From a virus, in IMG/VR virus record IMGVR_UViG_3300049255_000405: a stretch of DNA of 10,796 bases; one strand, given 5' to 3'. Positions 4,657 to 10,796 of this stretch are shown piece after piece; within the stretch, counting starts at the first letter, position 1; each line of letters opens with the position of its first letter. The notes beneath the pieces were generated by a model. That model was given only the letters and a program-made list of their open reading frames with translations, was not told where the DNA came from and did not search any database. The translations under genes were made by a program, and so were the position numbers.

Positions 4657-5805
4657 ATGGTACGTCAGGACAAAGACAAGTCGCACGACCCGATCGTGCA
4701 GTATTTCGCCGAAATTGGAGCGCATGATCTTCTCTCGCGTGAAGGGGAAGTCGCTGCTTTCCAGGATTTCGAGAAGGCGGAGGAGCTGCTCGTAGCACAG
4801 ATCGTCACCGGTCGCCGCGCGAAGGCCAGCCTTCCCAAGTTCCTCGAGTCCATCTCCAGTGAGAAGGATGTCGAGCCCGAGTATGTGAAGGTCGTCGAGG
4901 ACTTCTCTCGAGGCCGCTGCCACAACATCAGCCAATTCGTGCGGGCCGTCAGGTTCACAGATGCTGGGCGAGAGTGGCTCGACAAGCGCATCGCCGACCG
5001 TAAGCACGAGGAACTTCCTGCAACGTGGCACTCCAAGGTGCGGAAGCTTCACGCCAGACAGATGGCGCTCAAGAACGCTTTCGTTAGTGCCAACCTGCGG
5101 CTCGTGGTGTCGGTGGCGAAGAAGTATTCCAGGCCCTGGATGAGCCTGACCCTCAACGACCTCATCCAGGAGGGTAACCTGGGGCTCATCAAGGCCGTCG
5201 ACCGATTCGACGTGCACAAGGGCTACAAGTTCGCCACGTACGCCTCGTGGTGGATCAGGCATCACGTCAAGCGCGCGGTCCAGGAGAAAGAACCGCTCGT
5301 CCGCATCCCCGTGCACGTCAGCGACGTCATGGGGCAGCTCACTCGGCTGGACAATGTGCACCACGCCATCACCGGCGAGTCGCTCGACGAAGAGCAGCTC
5401 TCGAAGGCGACGGGCGCATCGGTTCAGAAGGTCAAGGCGGCCATCTCTCATCGTCCTGGGCGCAACGCGATGTCGCTCGATGCCATGGCGGGCGATTCGG
5501 ACGTTCCTTGGGTCGAGATGACACCCGACACTAAGATGCCGGACCCCGAGACTCAGCTCATGGAGTCTCGCATGAACGCGGATGTCCGGTCCATGCTCAC
5601 GGCACTCACGCCAATCGAGTCACGCATCCTGCGGTGGCGGTTCGGGCTCGACGGGGATTCGCAGACCCTGCAGGAGATCGCTGACAAGTTCAACCTGTCG
5701 CGCGAGCGTATCCGGCAGATAGAGTCTCGAGCTTTGCAGAAGCTCAAGAACCGAGCACGAGCCAGCGAGCACGCCCGGGACCTGTTCTTCCGCAAGACCG
5801 GCTGA
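4657..5805 (+). CDS. sigma-70-family RNA polymerase sigma factor with RpoD-like regions 1.2, 2.1-2.4, 3 and 4, and a non-conserved insertion between regions 1.2 and 2
   Basis: ATG at 4657 follows GAGGTGG after a short spacer. Region 1.2 is IVQYFAEIGAHDLLSREGEV. Region 2 is NLRLVVSVAKKYS...LNDLIQEGNLGLIKAVDRFDVHKGYKFATYASWWIRHHVKRAV. Region 4 is LTPIESRILRWRFGL...TLQEIADKFNLSRERIRQIESRALQKLKN. The GTG at 4642 that opens the listed ORF is less likely. Confidence 0.95.
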   Translation: MVRQDKDKSHDPIVQYFAEIGAHDLLSREGEVAAFQDFEKAEELLVAQIVTGRRAKASLPKFLESISSEKDVEPEYVKVVEDFSRGRCHNISQFVRAVRFTDAGREWLDKRIADRKHEELPATWHSKVRKLHARQMALKNAFVSANLRLVVSVAKKYSRPWMSLTLNDLIQEGNLGLIKAVDRFDVHKGYKFATYASWWIRHHVKRAVQEKEPLVRIPVHVSDVMGQLTRLDNVHHAITGESLDEEQLSKATGASVQKVKAAISHRPGRNAMSLDAMAGDSDVPWVEMTPDTKMPDPETQLMESRMNADVRSMLTALTPIESRILRWRFGLDGDSQTLQEIADKFNLSRERIRQIESRALQKLKNRARASEHARDLFFRKTG

Positions 5806-5821
5806 CTGTAGTATTCCCGCA

Positions 5822-6379
5822 ATGCGGGTTTACTTCATTGGCGCGCACAGCACGGGCAAAACCACGATGGCCAGGTACGTCTCTCGGCAGACGGGCCTGC
5901 AGCTGCTGCCGGAGGTTGCCCGGATGGTCTTGGCTGAGCGCGAGCTGTCGATGGAGACCCTGCGGTCCGATCTCGACGTCGTAGATTCTTTCCAGAAAGA
6001 AATCTTTCATCGGCAGATGGAGATTGAAAGGAATCACGACAGTTTTGTTTCCGACCGCAGTTTCGATAATTTGGCCTACGCCGCGCAGCACGCTCGTGTG
6101 CTCCAGTCCATCCTTCAAGAGAAGGAATTCGGAGAGTATCTCGACCGGATGCGTCAACCAGACGTCGTGCTCTTCTACGTCAGGCCGGTCCGAGCTACTC
6201 TCCGGAACGATGGGATTCGGGAACAGATCGACTGGGATGAACTGGTGCGCATCGACGGAGCCATCAAGTTCATGCTAGAAATGTGGGGTCTTCAGTATTT
6301 CATGATCCATTCGTCGAGCATGCAGGAGCGCGCCAGACTGGTCGACGCCGTTCTGCAAAAGAAGACCCGCCGGAAGTGA
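5822..6379 (+). CDS. P-loop NTPase with a nucleoside/nucleotide (or polynucleotide) kinase-like fold
   Basis: ATG at 5822, 16 nt after the sigma-factor stop. It has a Walker A motif, FIGAHSTGKTT, and a downstream VSDRSFDNLAY segment resembling the D/E-R-S substrate-binding motif of deoxynucleoside-kinase and NadR/AAA_28-type kinases. The protein is small (185 aa) and has no obvious AAA+ arginine-finger module. Confidence 0.8.
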   Translation: MRVYFIGAHSTGKTTMARYVSRQTGLQLLPEVARMVLAERELSMETLRSDLDVVDSFQKEIFHRQMEIERNHDSFVSDRSFDNLAYAAQHARVLQSILQEKEFGEYLDRMRQPDVVLFYVRPVRATLRNDGIREQIDWDELVRIDGAIKFMLEMWGLQYFMIHSSSMQERARLVDAVLQKKTRRK

Positions 6380-6404
6380 GAAAAGGCGGGCGGTAGTATT
6401 GCCC

Positions 6405-6737
6405 ATGGCGGACGAGAAACAGGACGAAAATTCGGGGTGCCCGCTCGAGGGCCAGGACATCGTGACGCCGGGTCCGCCCCTGCCGAACGGTGGCCGCCTG
6501 TGTATCCACCATTCGGCCGACCACACTCTGTCGCTCGGGGAAATGCACCCTCTCGAGCACGGGAAGCCCATCCCCGAGGATGCGAACCTCATCCGGAACG
6601 ACAACGGCGTTCTGCGCGTTGGACCCTCAATCCGCGAGATGAAGGCCGCAGGAAACGGACCCGCTCAGGTGGCCACTCAGGAGTATCGTGACAGCTGGGA
6701 GCGGACGTTCGGCAAGCCCCACGTCGGCCAAGCATGA
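6405..6737 (+). CDS. hypothetical protein (110 aa) containing Cys and His residues
   Basis: ATG at 6405. The TTG at 6399 that opens the listed ORF is less likely. Third-position GC is high throughout. It contains C14 and a CIHHSADH cluster. Its stop TGA overlaps the next ATG (ATGA at 6734-6737). Confidence 0.6.
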   Translation: MADEKQDENSGCPLEGQDIVTPGPPLPNGGRLCIHHSADHTLSLGEMHPLEHGKPIPEDANLIRNDNGVLRVGPSIREMKAAGNGPAQVATQEYRDSWERTFGKPHVGQA

Positions 6738-7060
6738 ACCCAGGAATAGTCAAGCTAGTAGCACTCCTTCAAGCCAACGGTTTCAGCACCACAGACAGCG
6801 GCGACGGCGAGACGCACGAATTCGAGTGCGACCGCGATTACGGCTATGTGGTGATAACGGTCGAGCCTACCAAGATGGTCGAGGAGTCGGATAGGCTCTG
6901 CGCGGTTCTCGCGCAGTACGGCATCACCGTCGTCGAAATCAGTGAGCAGGAAGCGCCGTGCATCCAGGCGTCGTACGACCCCGTCACCAAGTCGGCATTC
7001 ATCGACTTGATGTACGTGCACGACAAGCTCCTCAATGGCTCGCCTGGCCCAGCCAACTAA
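6734..7060 (+). CDS. hypothetical protein (108 aa)
   Basis: The ATG overlaps the preceding stop (ATGA), which suggests coupling. It has good coding third-position bias. The product is acidic: MNPGIVKLVALLQANGF...DKLLNGSPGPAN. Confidence 0.6.
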   Translation: MNPGIVKLVALLQANGFSTTDSGDGETHEFECDRDYGYVVITVEPTKMVEESDRLCAVLAQYGITVVEISEQEAPCIQASYDPVTKSAFIDLMYVHDKLLNGSPGPAN

Positions 7061-7220
7061 TCCGTGCCCGACGTGCCTAAATTACGGGTCAGACCCTGAA
7101 AAGGGAACCTGTCCGCGATGCAACCACCCGTGTCCGGCGGGCGCGCACAAGTACAACACCAACTACTACGACAGCTGCCCGTACTGCGAAGCTGCGGTGG
7201 AGCACGTTCACAATTCGTAG
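7035..7220 (+). CDS. small Cys-rich protein (61 aa, 8 Cys arranged CPTC...CPRC..CP...CPYC), probably zinc-binding
   Basis: ATG at 7035. It overlaps the previous gene by 26 nt and has no SD. The four CP-type Cys pairs are typical of a double zinc ribbon. Confidence 0.45.
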   Translation: MARLAQPTNPCPTCLNYGSDPEKGTCPRCNHPCPAGAHKYNTNYYDSCPYCEAAVEHVHNS

Positions 7221-7251
7221 ATAGAGCGCCGGCGGCTGTACACTGGCCCGC

Positions 7252-8463
7252 ATGGCTTACGAGACCGTTCTCGGTGGAAACGTACCGATTCTCGCCTGGA
7301 CCGAAGGCGTCAAGTTCGAAGAGCATGCCAAGGTCCAGCTCCGGTACATCGCTATGTTGCCGATCATCTTCCGGCACGTGGCTGTGATGCCGGACGTCAC
7401 ACCCGAGCACGGGTCGACGGTCGGGAGTGTCATTCCCACCAAGGGCGCGGTCATTCCGGCCGCCGTGGGAGGTGACATCGGCTGCGGAATGATGGCCTGG
7501 CGCACGACGCTGACCTCGCACGACGTGTCGGACAACGCCCAAGAGCTGTACGACACCATCCTCGATGCGGTGCCCGTTCCTACATCCACCAAGCGCGTCA
7601 AGAACGACGGCAGCTGGGATGACGTCCCGCGGGAAGTTGCAGACGCCTGGGCCGGCATGCAGGCCGGTTGGCGCCAGATAGTCGGCCGCCACGGCAGGGC
7701 ATCGGCCAGGGATGTCCATAAGCAGCTCGGCACTCTTGGCGGCGGGAATCACTTCATCGAGGTTTGCCTCGACGAAGAAGATCGCGTGTGGTTCATGCTG
7801 CACTCAGGCTCGCGTCGCGCCGGCAACGCCATCGGCATGCATTTCATCGCGCTCGCGCGCAAAGACATGATGCGCCAGAACGTGCGCCTGCCGAATATGG
7901 ACCTGGCGTACTTCTCCGAAGGCTCCGAGCACTTCAACGACTACGTGTTCGCGGTCAAGTGGGCCCAAGAGTACGCTGCCGTCAACCGCGACCTCATGAT
8001 GCAGCGAATCGTCCGCGCCGTACGCAAGAAGCTCGGCGTGAAGTTCATGCTCGACGAGGAGGCAATCAACTGCCACCACAACTACGTCGAGAAAGAGACC
8101 CACTTCGGCGAAGAGATTTTCGTCACCCGCAAGGGAGCCATCTCCGCGCGCCAAGGGCAACTCGGCATCATCCCGGGCTCTATGGGAACCGAGAGCTTCA
8201 TCGTACGCGGTCTCGGAAATGCCGACTCTTTCTGTTCATCATCGCACGGAGCCGGCCGAACGATGCCGCGAGGGGAAGCTGGTCAGCGCATCACGCTCGA
8301 GCAGCACCGCAAGGACACCGAGGGAATCGTGTGCCGCAAGGACAAGGGCGTGGTCGACGAATCGCCGACTGCGTACAAGGACGTCAACGCGGTCATGGCG
8401 GCGCAAACGGATCTTGTCGAGAAGGTCCACACACTCCGGCAAATTGTCAACATCAAGGGCTAG
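7252..8463 (+). CDS. rtcB: RtcB-family 3'-phosphate/5'-hydroxyl RNA ligase
   Basis: ATG at 7252. The family signature blocks are all present: GGDIGCGM, GGGNHFIE, LHSGSRRAGN, NCHHNY, and the C-terminal HGAGR that carries the guanylylated His. The length of 403 aa matches bacterial RtcB, and no intein-sized insertion is present. Confidence 0.95.
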   Translation: MAYETVLGGNVPILAWTEGVKFEEHAKVQLRYIAMLPIIFRHVAVMPDVTPEHGSTVGSVIPTKGAVIPAAVGGDIGCGMMAWRTTLTSHDVSDNAQELYDTILDAVPVPTSTKRVKNDGSWDDVPREVADAWAGMQAGWRQIVGRHGRASARDVHKQLGTLGGGNHFIEVCLDEEDRVWFMLHSGSRRAGNAIGMHFIALARKDMMRQNVRLPNMDLAYFSEGSEHFNDYVFAVKWAQEYAAVNRDLMMQRIVRAVRKKLGVKFMLDEEAINCHHNYVEKETHFGEEIFVTRKGAISARQGQLGIIPGSMGTESFIVRGLGNADSFCSSSHGAGRTMPRGEAGQRITLEQHRKDTEGIVCRKDKGVVDESPTAYKDVNAVMAAQTDLVEKVHTLRQIVNIKG

Positions 8464-8465
8464 CC

Positions 8466-8621
8466 ATGGCCAAGACTCGCAAAAAGAAGAACTACACCAA
8501 GCACAAAGCGCGAGTCCGCGCGGTGAGCAAGCGAATGGCTGCCGAGCAGAAGAGCCAAGATCGCAAGGTCGCCAGAGAGGAGGCTGCACGTGGGAGACGA
8601 ACTCTTCACGATAAAGCCTGA
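8466..8621 (+). CDS. small, highly basic Lys/Arg-rich protein (51 aa); hypothetical, possibly nucleic-acid binding
   Basis: ATG at 8466, 2 nt after the RtcB stop. The product is MAKTRKKKNYTKHKARVRAVSKR.... It corresponds to the in-frame tail of the otherwise spurious 7764..8621 ORF. Confidence 0.4.
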   Translation: MAKTRKKKNYTKHKARVRAVSKRMAAEQKSQDRKVAREEAARGRRTLHDKA

Positions 8622-8832
8622 CTGGAAGCCTCGGCTTTCTCACGGGCATCGTCTCGGGAAATCGGAAGCCAAGGTGTGGGCCCCTGCCGGGACTCCCCGA
8701 TTCTACTCCGTCCGTACCTGCAAACGCTGTGGAGGTGAAGTCGGCCACCACTCCGCAGGGCACTTCGCTACAGAAGAACTCTTCAAGAAATGCCAGGGAA
8801 CGAATGAACAACAAGATCGCCAGAACCGATAG
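8590..8832 (+). CDS. hypothetical protein (80 aa) with a CKRCGG...HH...H cluster
   Basis: GTG at 8590 is preceded by GAGGAGG (8576-8582) with a 6-7-nt spacer, which is a strong SD. It overlaps the 3' end of 8466..8621 by 32 nt. Confidence 0.45.
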   Translation: MGDELFTIKPDWKPRLSHGHRLGKSEAKVWAPAGTPRFYSVRTCKRCGGEVGHHSAGHFATEELFKKCQGTNEQQDRQNR

Positions 8833-8840
8833 AGCCAGGC

Positions 8841-9101
8841 ATGATCGACGTCGAGAAGCTCGCACGCGGCTTTGATGAGGCCGGGGTTGACCAGCGTCTC
8901 GGGGCGAAGAGGGTCGATCGCCTCAGGCATTGCTCCGCGTTGCCGGCAATTTGCGCACGCGGTCCGGATTGCGTCGTTGTCGATGATGACCGCGGCGATT
9001 GGGTCGGCGGCCACCACTGCGCTGCCCTTGAACTCCATCCACGGTCCCCCCCCGCGGACGATTTCGATTCCGGTGGGAAGTGCATCAGGCGGTGGAAATA
9101 A
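8841..9101 (+). CDS. hypothetical protein (86 aa)
   Basis: ATG at 8841, 8 nt after the previous stop. The opposite-strand ORFs 8703..9038 and 8783..9145 are Ser/Pro/Arg/Trp-rich and look like antisense artefacts. The gene contains a C7 homopolymer at 9046-9052. Confidence 0.45.
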   Translation: MIDVEKLARGFDEAGVDQRLGAKRVDRLRHCSALPAICARGPDCVVVDDDRGDWVGGHHCAALELHPRSPPADDFDSGGKCIRRWK

Positions 9102-9139
9102 AAGACCCGCCTGCGGCCGACAAGAAACTCTATCGCAGG

Positions 9140-9169
9140 TTGCAAGGTCAGGCAGAAGAGTGGTACAAC
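9140..9169 (+). promoter_or_regulatory. candidate promoter, TTGCAA (9140-9145) - 18 nt - TGG-TACAAC (extended -10 at 9161-9169), upstream of 9209..9442
   Basis: It lies in the 107-bp non-coding gap. A TGn motif precedes the -10 hexamer. GGAGAG, the SD for the ATG at 9209, follows downstream. Confidence 0.3.
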
Positions 9170-9208
9170 TGCGACGAAGTCATTGCCTTTTGCATCATGG
9201 AGAGCTGA

Positions 9209-9442
9209 ATGGGGAGCAGCGGCCGGTTATCGATCCCGCCTTTAGTTCTTGAAGAAGGCGGCTTCTACGAGTCACGTGACAAAAACACGTGGTGCTGCTT
9301 CAAGCTCGACCCGGCTGCCGGTCAACACGCGGCAGCGAGATGCATTCGGGTGGACGACGAGCGCGTGGAATACTTCTACCTGGACGGCCGGTACGATGCC
9401 GCGGGCAAGAGGGAACACACGCTCGTGCGTCGTTTGCGCTAG
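9209..9442 (+). CDS. hypothetical protein (77 aa)
   Basis: ATG at 9209 follows GGAG (9199-9202) after a 6-nt spacer. Codon bias is good. Its TAG stop shares the palindrome CTAG (9439-9442) with the stop of the convergent minus-strand gene. Confidence 0.55.
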   Translation: MGSSGRLSIPPLVLEEGGFYESRDKNTWCCFKLDPAAGQHAAARCIRVDDERVEYFYLDGRYDAAGKREHTLVRRLR

Positions 9443-9633
9443 GAATTATGGACTTTGCGAACTGTCTCCCTCTCGAATGCTTCAAGCCGTGAGGCTTGGT
9501 GGTGCAATTGCGTGCTTACATCTTTGAGTTCGCGCGCTGCGTCCCTCTCCCAGCATTCGAAGTCCTTGCCCTCGGCCCACACGTCGGCCAGCTGGCGGGT
9601 TCTTGCGGCCAGCGTTCTTGTTATCTTACTCAT
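9439..9633 (-). CDS. small charged helical protein (64 aa); hypothetical, candidate regulator
   Basis: The ATG (complement of 9631-9633) is preceded on the minus strand by TTGACA-N16-TACATT-N6, which is a leaderless-type promoter. Codon bias in the body is high-GC-like. The product is MSKITRTLAARTRQLADVWAEGKDFECWERDAARELKD.... Confidence 0.45.
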   Translation of the reverse strand: MSKITRTLAARTRQLADVWAEGKDFECWERDAARELKDVSTQLHHQASRLEAFERETVRKVHNS

Positions 9634-9639
9634 ACCTAC

Positions 9640-9667
9640 AATGTAGCATAAGTACGCAAGATGTCAA
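9640..9667 (-). promoter_or_regulatory. near-consensus sigma70-type promoter on the minus strand: -35 TTGACA (complement of 9662-9667), 16-nt spacer, -10 TACATT (complement of 9640-9645), 6 nt before the ATG, so leaderless
   Basis: Read directly from the sequence. The -35 hexamer overlaps the plus-strand ATG at 9661. The inverted repeat CTACA-A-TGTAG (9636-9646) overlaps the -10 elements of both strands; the plus-strand TACAAT is at 9637-9642. Confidence 0.45.
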
Positions 9668-10152
9668 GCACCAACCCGCAGATCGCCATGACCATCCGGT
9701 CAGAGCCGGGTTGGAGGGCCGTTCTCAGAAAGCCTCTGCAGCGTCCTCCACAGCCTGAGGACGTTCCCGGTGAATTGCTGTACAAGCTCGTGATACAGCC
9801 CATCCGGTTTTGGGGCTTCACCCTTCCGGTCTACAGCGAATATCTGCGTCGTAAACCCGTCCCGCCCGCCGTACCCGCGCCGGTGTCTGACTCGGCTGAC
9901 GCTCTGTCGAAGATGTTCGAGGCCGGGATTCTCAGCAATGAGACTATGATCTCGTCCGTCTCCCATATGCAGCCCAACGACGTCGTGCAGCCGATCCCGC
10001 TGGGCAAAGGACGCAAGGCGTTCAGCCACCTGGTGGACGTCGTCAGCCCGGACGAGACCGACGAGCAGGCTCTTTCACGCATCGAGGCGGTTTACGAGAA
10101 CGAACGCATGACCAAGCGCCTGCGGGCAGTTCTCTTCGTGATGGAGTCATGA
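9661..10152 (+). CDS. hypothetical protein (163 aa)
   Basis: ATG at 9661. A TACAAT hexamer (9637-9642) lies 18 nt upstream. Coding bias is good. Its stop overlaps the next ATG (ATGA at 10149-10152). Confidence 0.6.
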   Translation: MSSTNPQIAMTIRSEPGWRAVLRKPLQRPPQPEDVPGELLYKLVIQPIRFWGFTLPVYSEYLRRKPVPPAVPAPVSDSADALSKMFEAGILSNETMISSVSHMQPNDVVQPIPLGKGRKAFSHLVDVVSPDETDEQALSRIEAVYENERMTKRLRAVLFVMES

Positions 10153-10409
10153 GCGATCCTGACACGGCAGCCATGAACAGGCACTTCAAGCGCCTGGTAT
10201 CGATCGCCCTCGAAGTCGAGGAAGAGCAGATCGAGTCATCTGTCCAGGCTGTGCCGTGCGACGACGGAAGCTACATATGCCACTTGAGCGTGAAGCTCGA
10301 TGGAAGAGAGCCTAGCAAGCAGCAGGAACGAGCCATCGTCTTCACCGTGCAGCGCTATGGTTTCCCTGGCATCAGGGTAACTCACTTGAAAATACCTGCA
10401 GAAGCTTAG
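10149..10409 (+). CDS. hypothetical acidic protein (86 aa)
   Basis: The start shows ATGA coupling with the previous gene. GGAG lies just upstream. Confidence 0.55.
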   Translation: MSDPDTAAMNRHFKRLVSIALEVEEEQIESSVQAVPCDDGSYICHLSVKLDGREPSKQQERAIVFTVQRYGFPGIRVTHLKIPAEA

Positions 10410-10433
10410 GAAACTTCAACCAACGGAGAGTGC

Positions 10434-10796
10434 ATGTACGTCAAAAAGGAAGAGGCGACTGTTCGCCAGAAGATCTCGGATACTAGAGCCAACGCGCTCC
10501 GCCAGAAGGCGATCGATGCGGTCAAGAAGGACACCAAGAGTGTCCTCGAGCTTGCCGAGGTCTTGTATGAGACCTGGGTTTGCGACGTCAAGGTCAACGG
10601 CATCGACACGCCTCTCTGGACCGCGTGGGACCACGACTCGTGGGAGCAGTACGTCGAGGTGGAACTCGGCATCCACATGACGACGGCGTCGAAGTTCCGA
10701 CGCCTGCACGTGGTCTACAACATCGACCTCAAGGACGCGATCGACGAAGAGGCCATGGATGGCCTGTCGGCGACCAAGCTCAGCATCCTGACGCGC
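10434..10796 (+). CDS. hypothetical protein, 5' part only (it continues beyond the window end)
   Basis: ATG at 10434 follows GGAG (10425-10428) after a 5-nt spacer. The frame is open for 121 codons to the window edge with strong third-position GC bias. It is absent from the ORF track only because no stop occurs within the window. The minus-strand ORFs 10406..10678 and 10416..10709 are its antisense shadows. Confidence 0.75.
   Translation, partial: MYVKKEEATVRQKISDTRANALRQKAIDAVKKDTKSVLELAEVLYETWVCDVKVNGIDTPLWTAWDHDSWEQYVEVELGIHMTTASKFRRLHVVYNIDLKDAIDEEAMDGLSATKLSILTR

Noticed and set aside
4633-5451. 272-aa minus-strand ORF and 123-aa minus-strand ORF (4665..5036) inside the sigma factor gene
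   Set aside because: They are antisense to a gene with unmistakable sigma-70 regions and have poor protein-like composition.
7057-8865. Long ORFs 7057..7803 (-), 7764..8621 (+), 7804..8160 (-) and 8239..8865 (-) overlapping rtcB
   Set aside because: They are antisense or off-frame to the RtcB coding sequence and are Arg/Gly/Pro-rich. Only the 3' tail of 7764..8621 (ATG 8466 onward) lies outside rtcB and was kept as a tentative small gene.
8703-9145. Minus-strand ORFs 8703..9038 and 8783..9145
   Set aside because: They are Ser/Pro/Trp/Arg-rich and antisense to plus-strand ORFs with better codon bias. The surrounding genes all run on the plus strand.
10406-10709. Two minus-strand ORFs at the 3' end of the window
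   Set aside because: They are antisense shadows of a strongly biased plus-strand gene that starts at 10434 with a good SD and runs off the window.
1-10796. CRISPR arrays, rRNA, transposase or integrase signatures, and long direct repeats
   Set aside because: None were seen on manual reading. There are no regularly spaced repeats and no DDE or tyrosine-recombinase-like ORFs in the window.

Overview
This window is high-GC, gene-dense DNA that looks like a phage or other mobile-element region of a high-GC bacterium rather than a core chromosome. It carries a free-standing HNH endonuclease and many small Cys-rich or hypothetical ORFs. Several start codons overlap stop codons (ATGA), which suggests translational coupling. 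From about 1270 to 4650 the strand alternates every 400-600 bp, and convergent neighbours overlap at their 3' ends. I can support about 26 CDSs. The recognisable ones are an HNH endonuclease (18..410); an RNA-recognition-motif (RRM) RNA-binding protein with a Gly/Arg-rich tail (708..1097); a likely ribbon-helix-helix (RHH) regulator (1845..2300); a dual-specificity phosphatase (DUSP) with the CX5R active-site motif (2593..3093); a full-length sigma-70-family sigma factor (4657..5805); a P-loop kinase-like NTPase (5822..6379); and an RtcB 3'-phosphate RNA ligase (7252..8463). The main hypothesis is that the RRM protein, phosphatase, kinase-like NTPase and RtcB form an element-encoded RNA end-processing and repair (anti-anticodon-nuclease) module with its own sigma factor. 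Candidate sigma70-type promoters and palindromic operator candidates sit in the few intergenic gaps: TGGACA-N17-TATATT at 426..454, a leaderless TTGACA-N16-TACATT on the minus strand at 9640..9667, and TTGCAA-N18 with a TGn-extended TACAAC at 9140..9169. No tRNA, rRNA, CRISPR array or obvious transposase was found. Coordinates and starts are from manual reading, several starts are ambiguous as noted, and all functional assignments are motif-level inferences without database searches.
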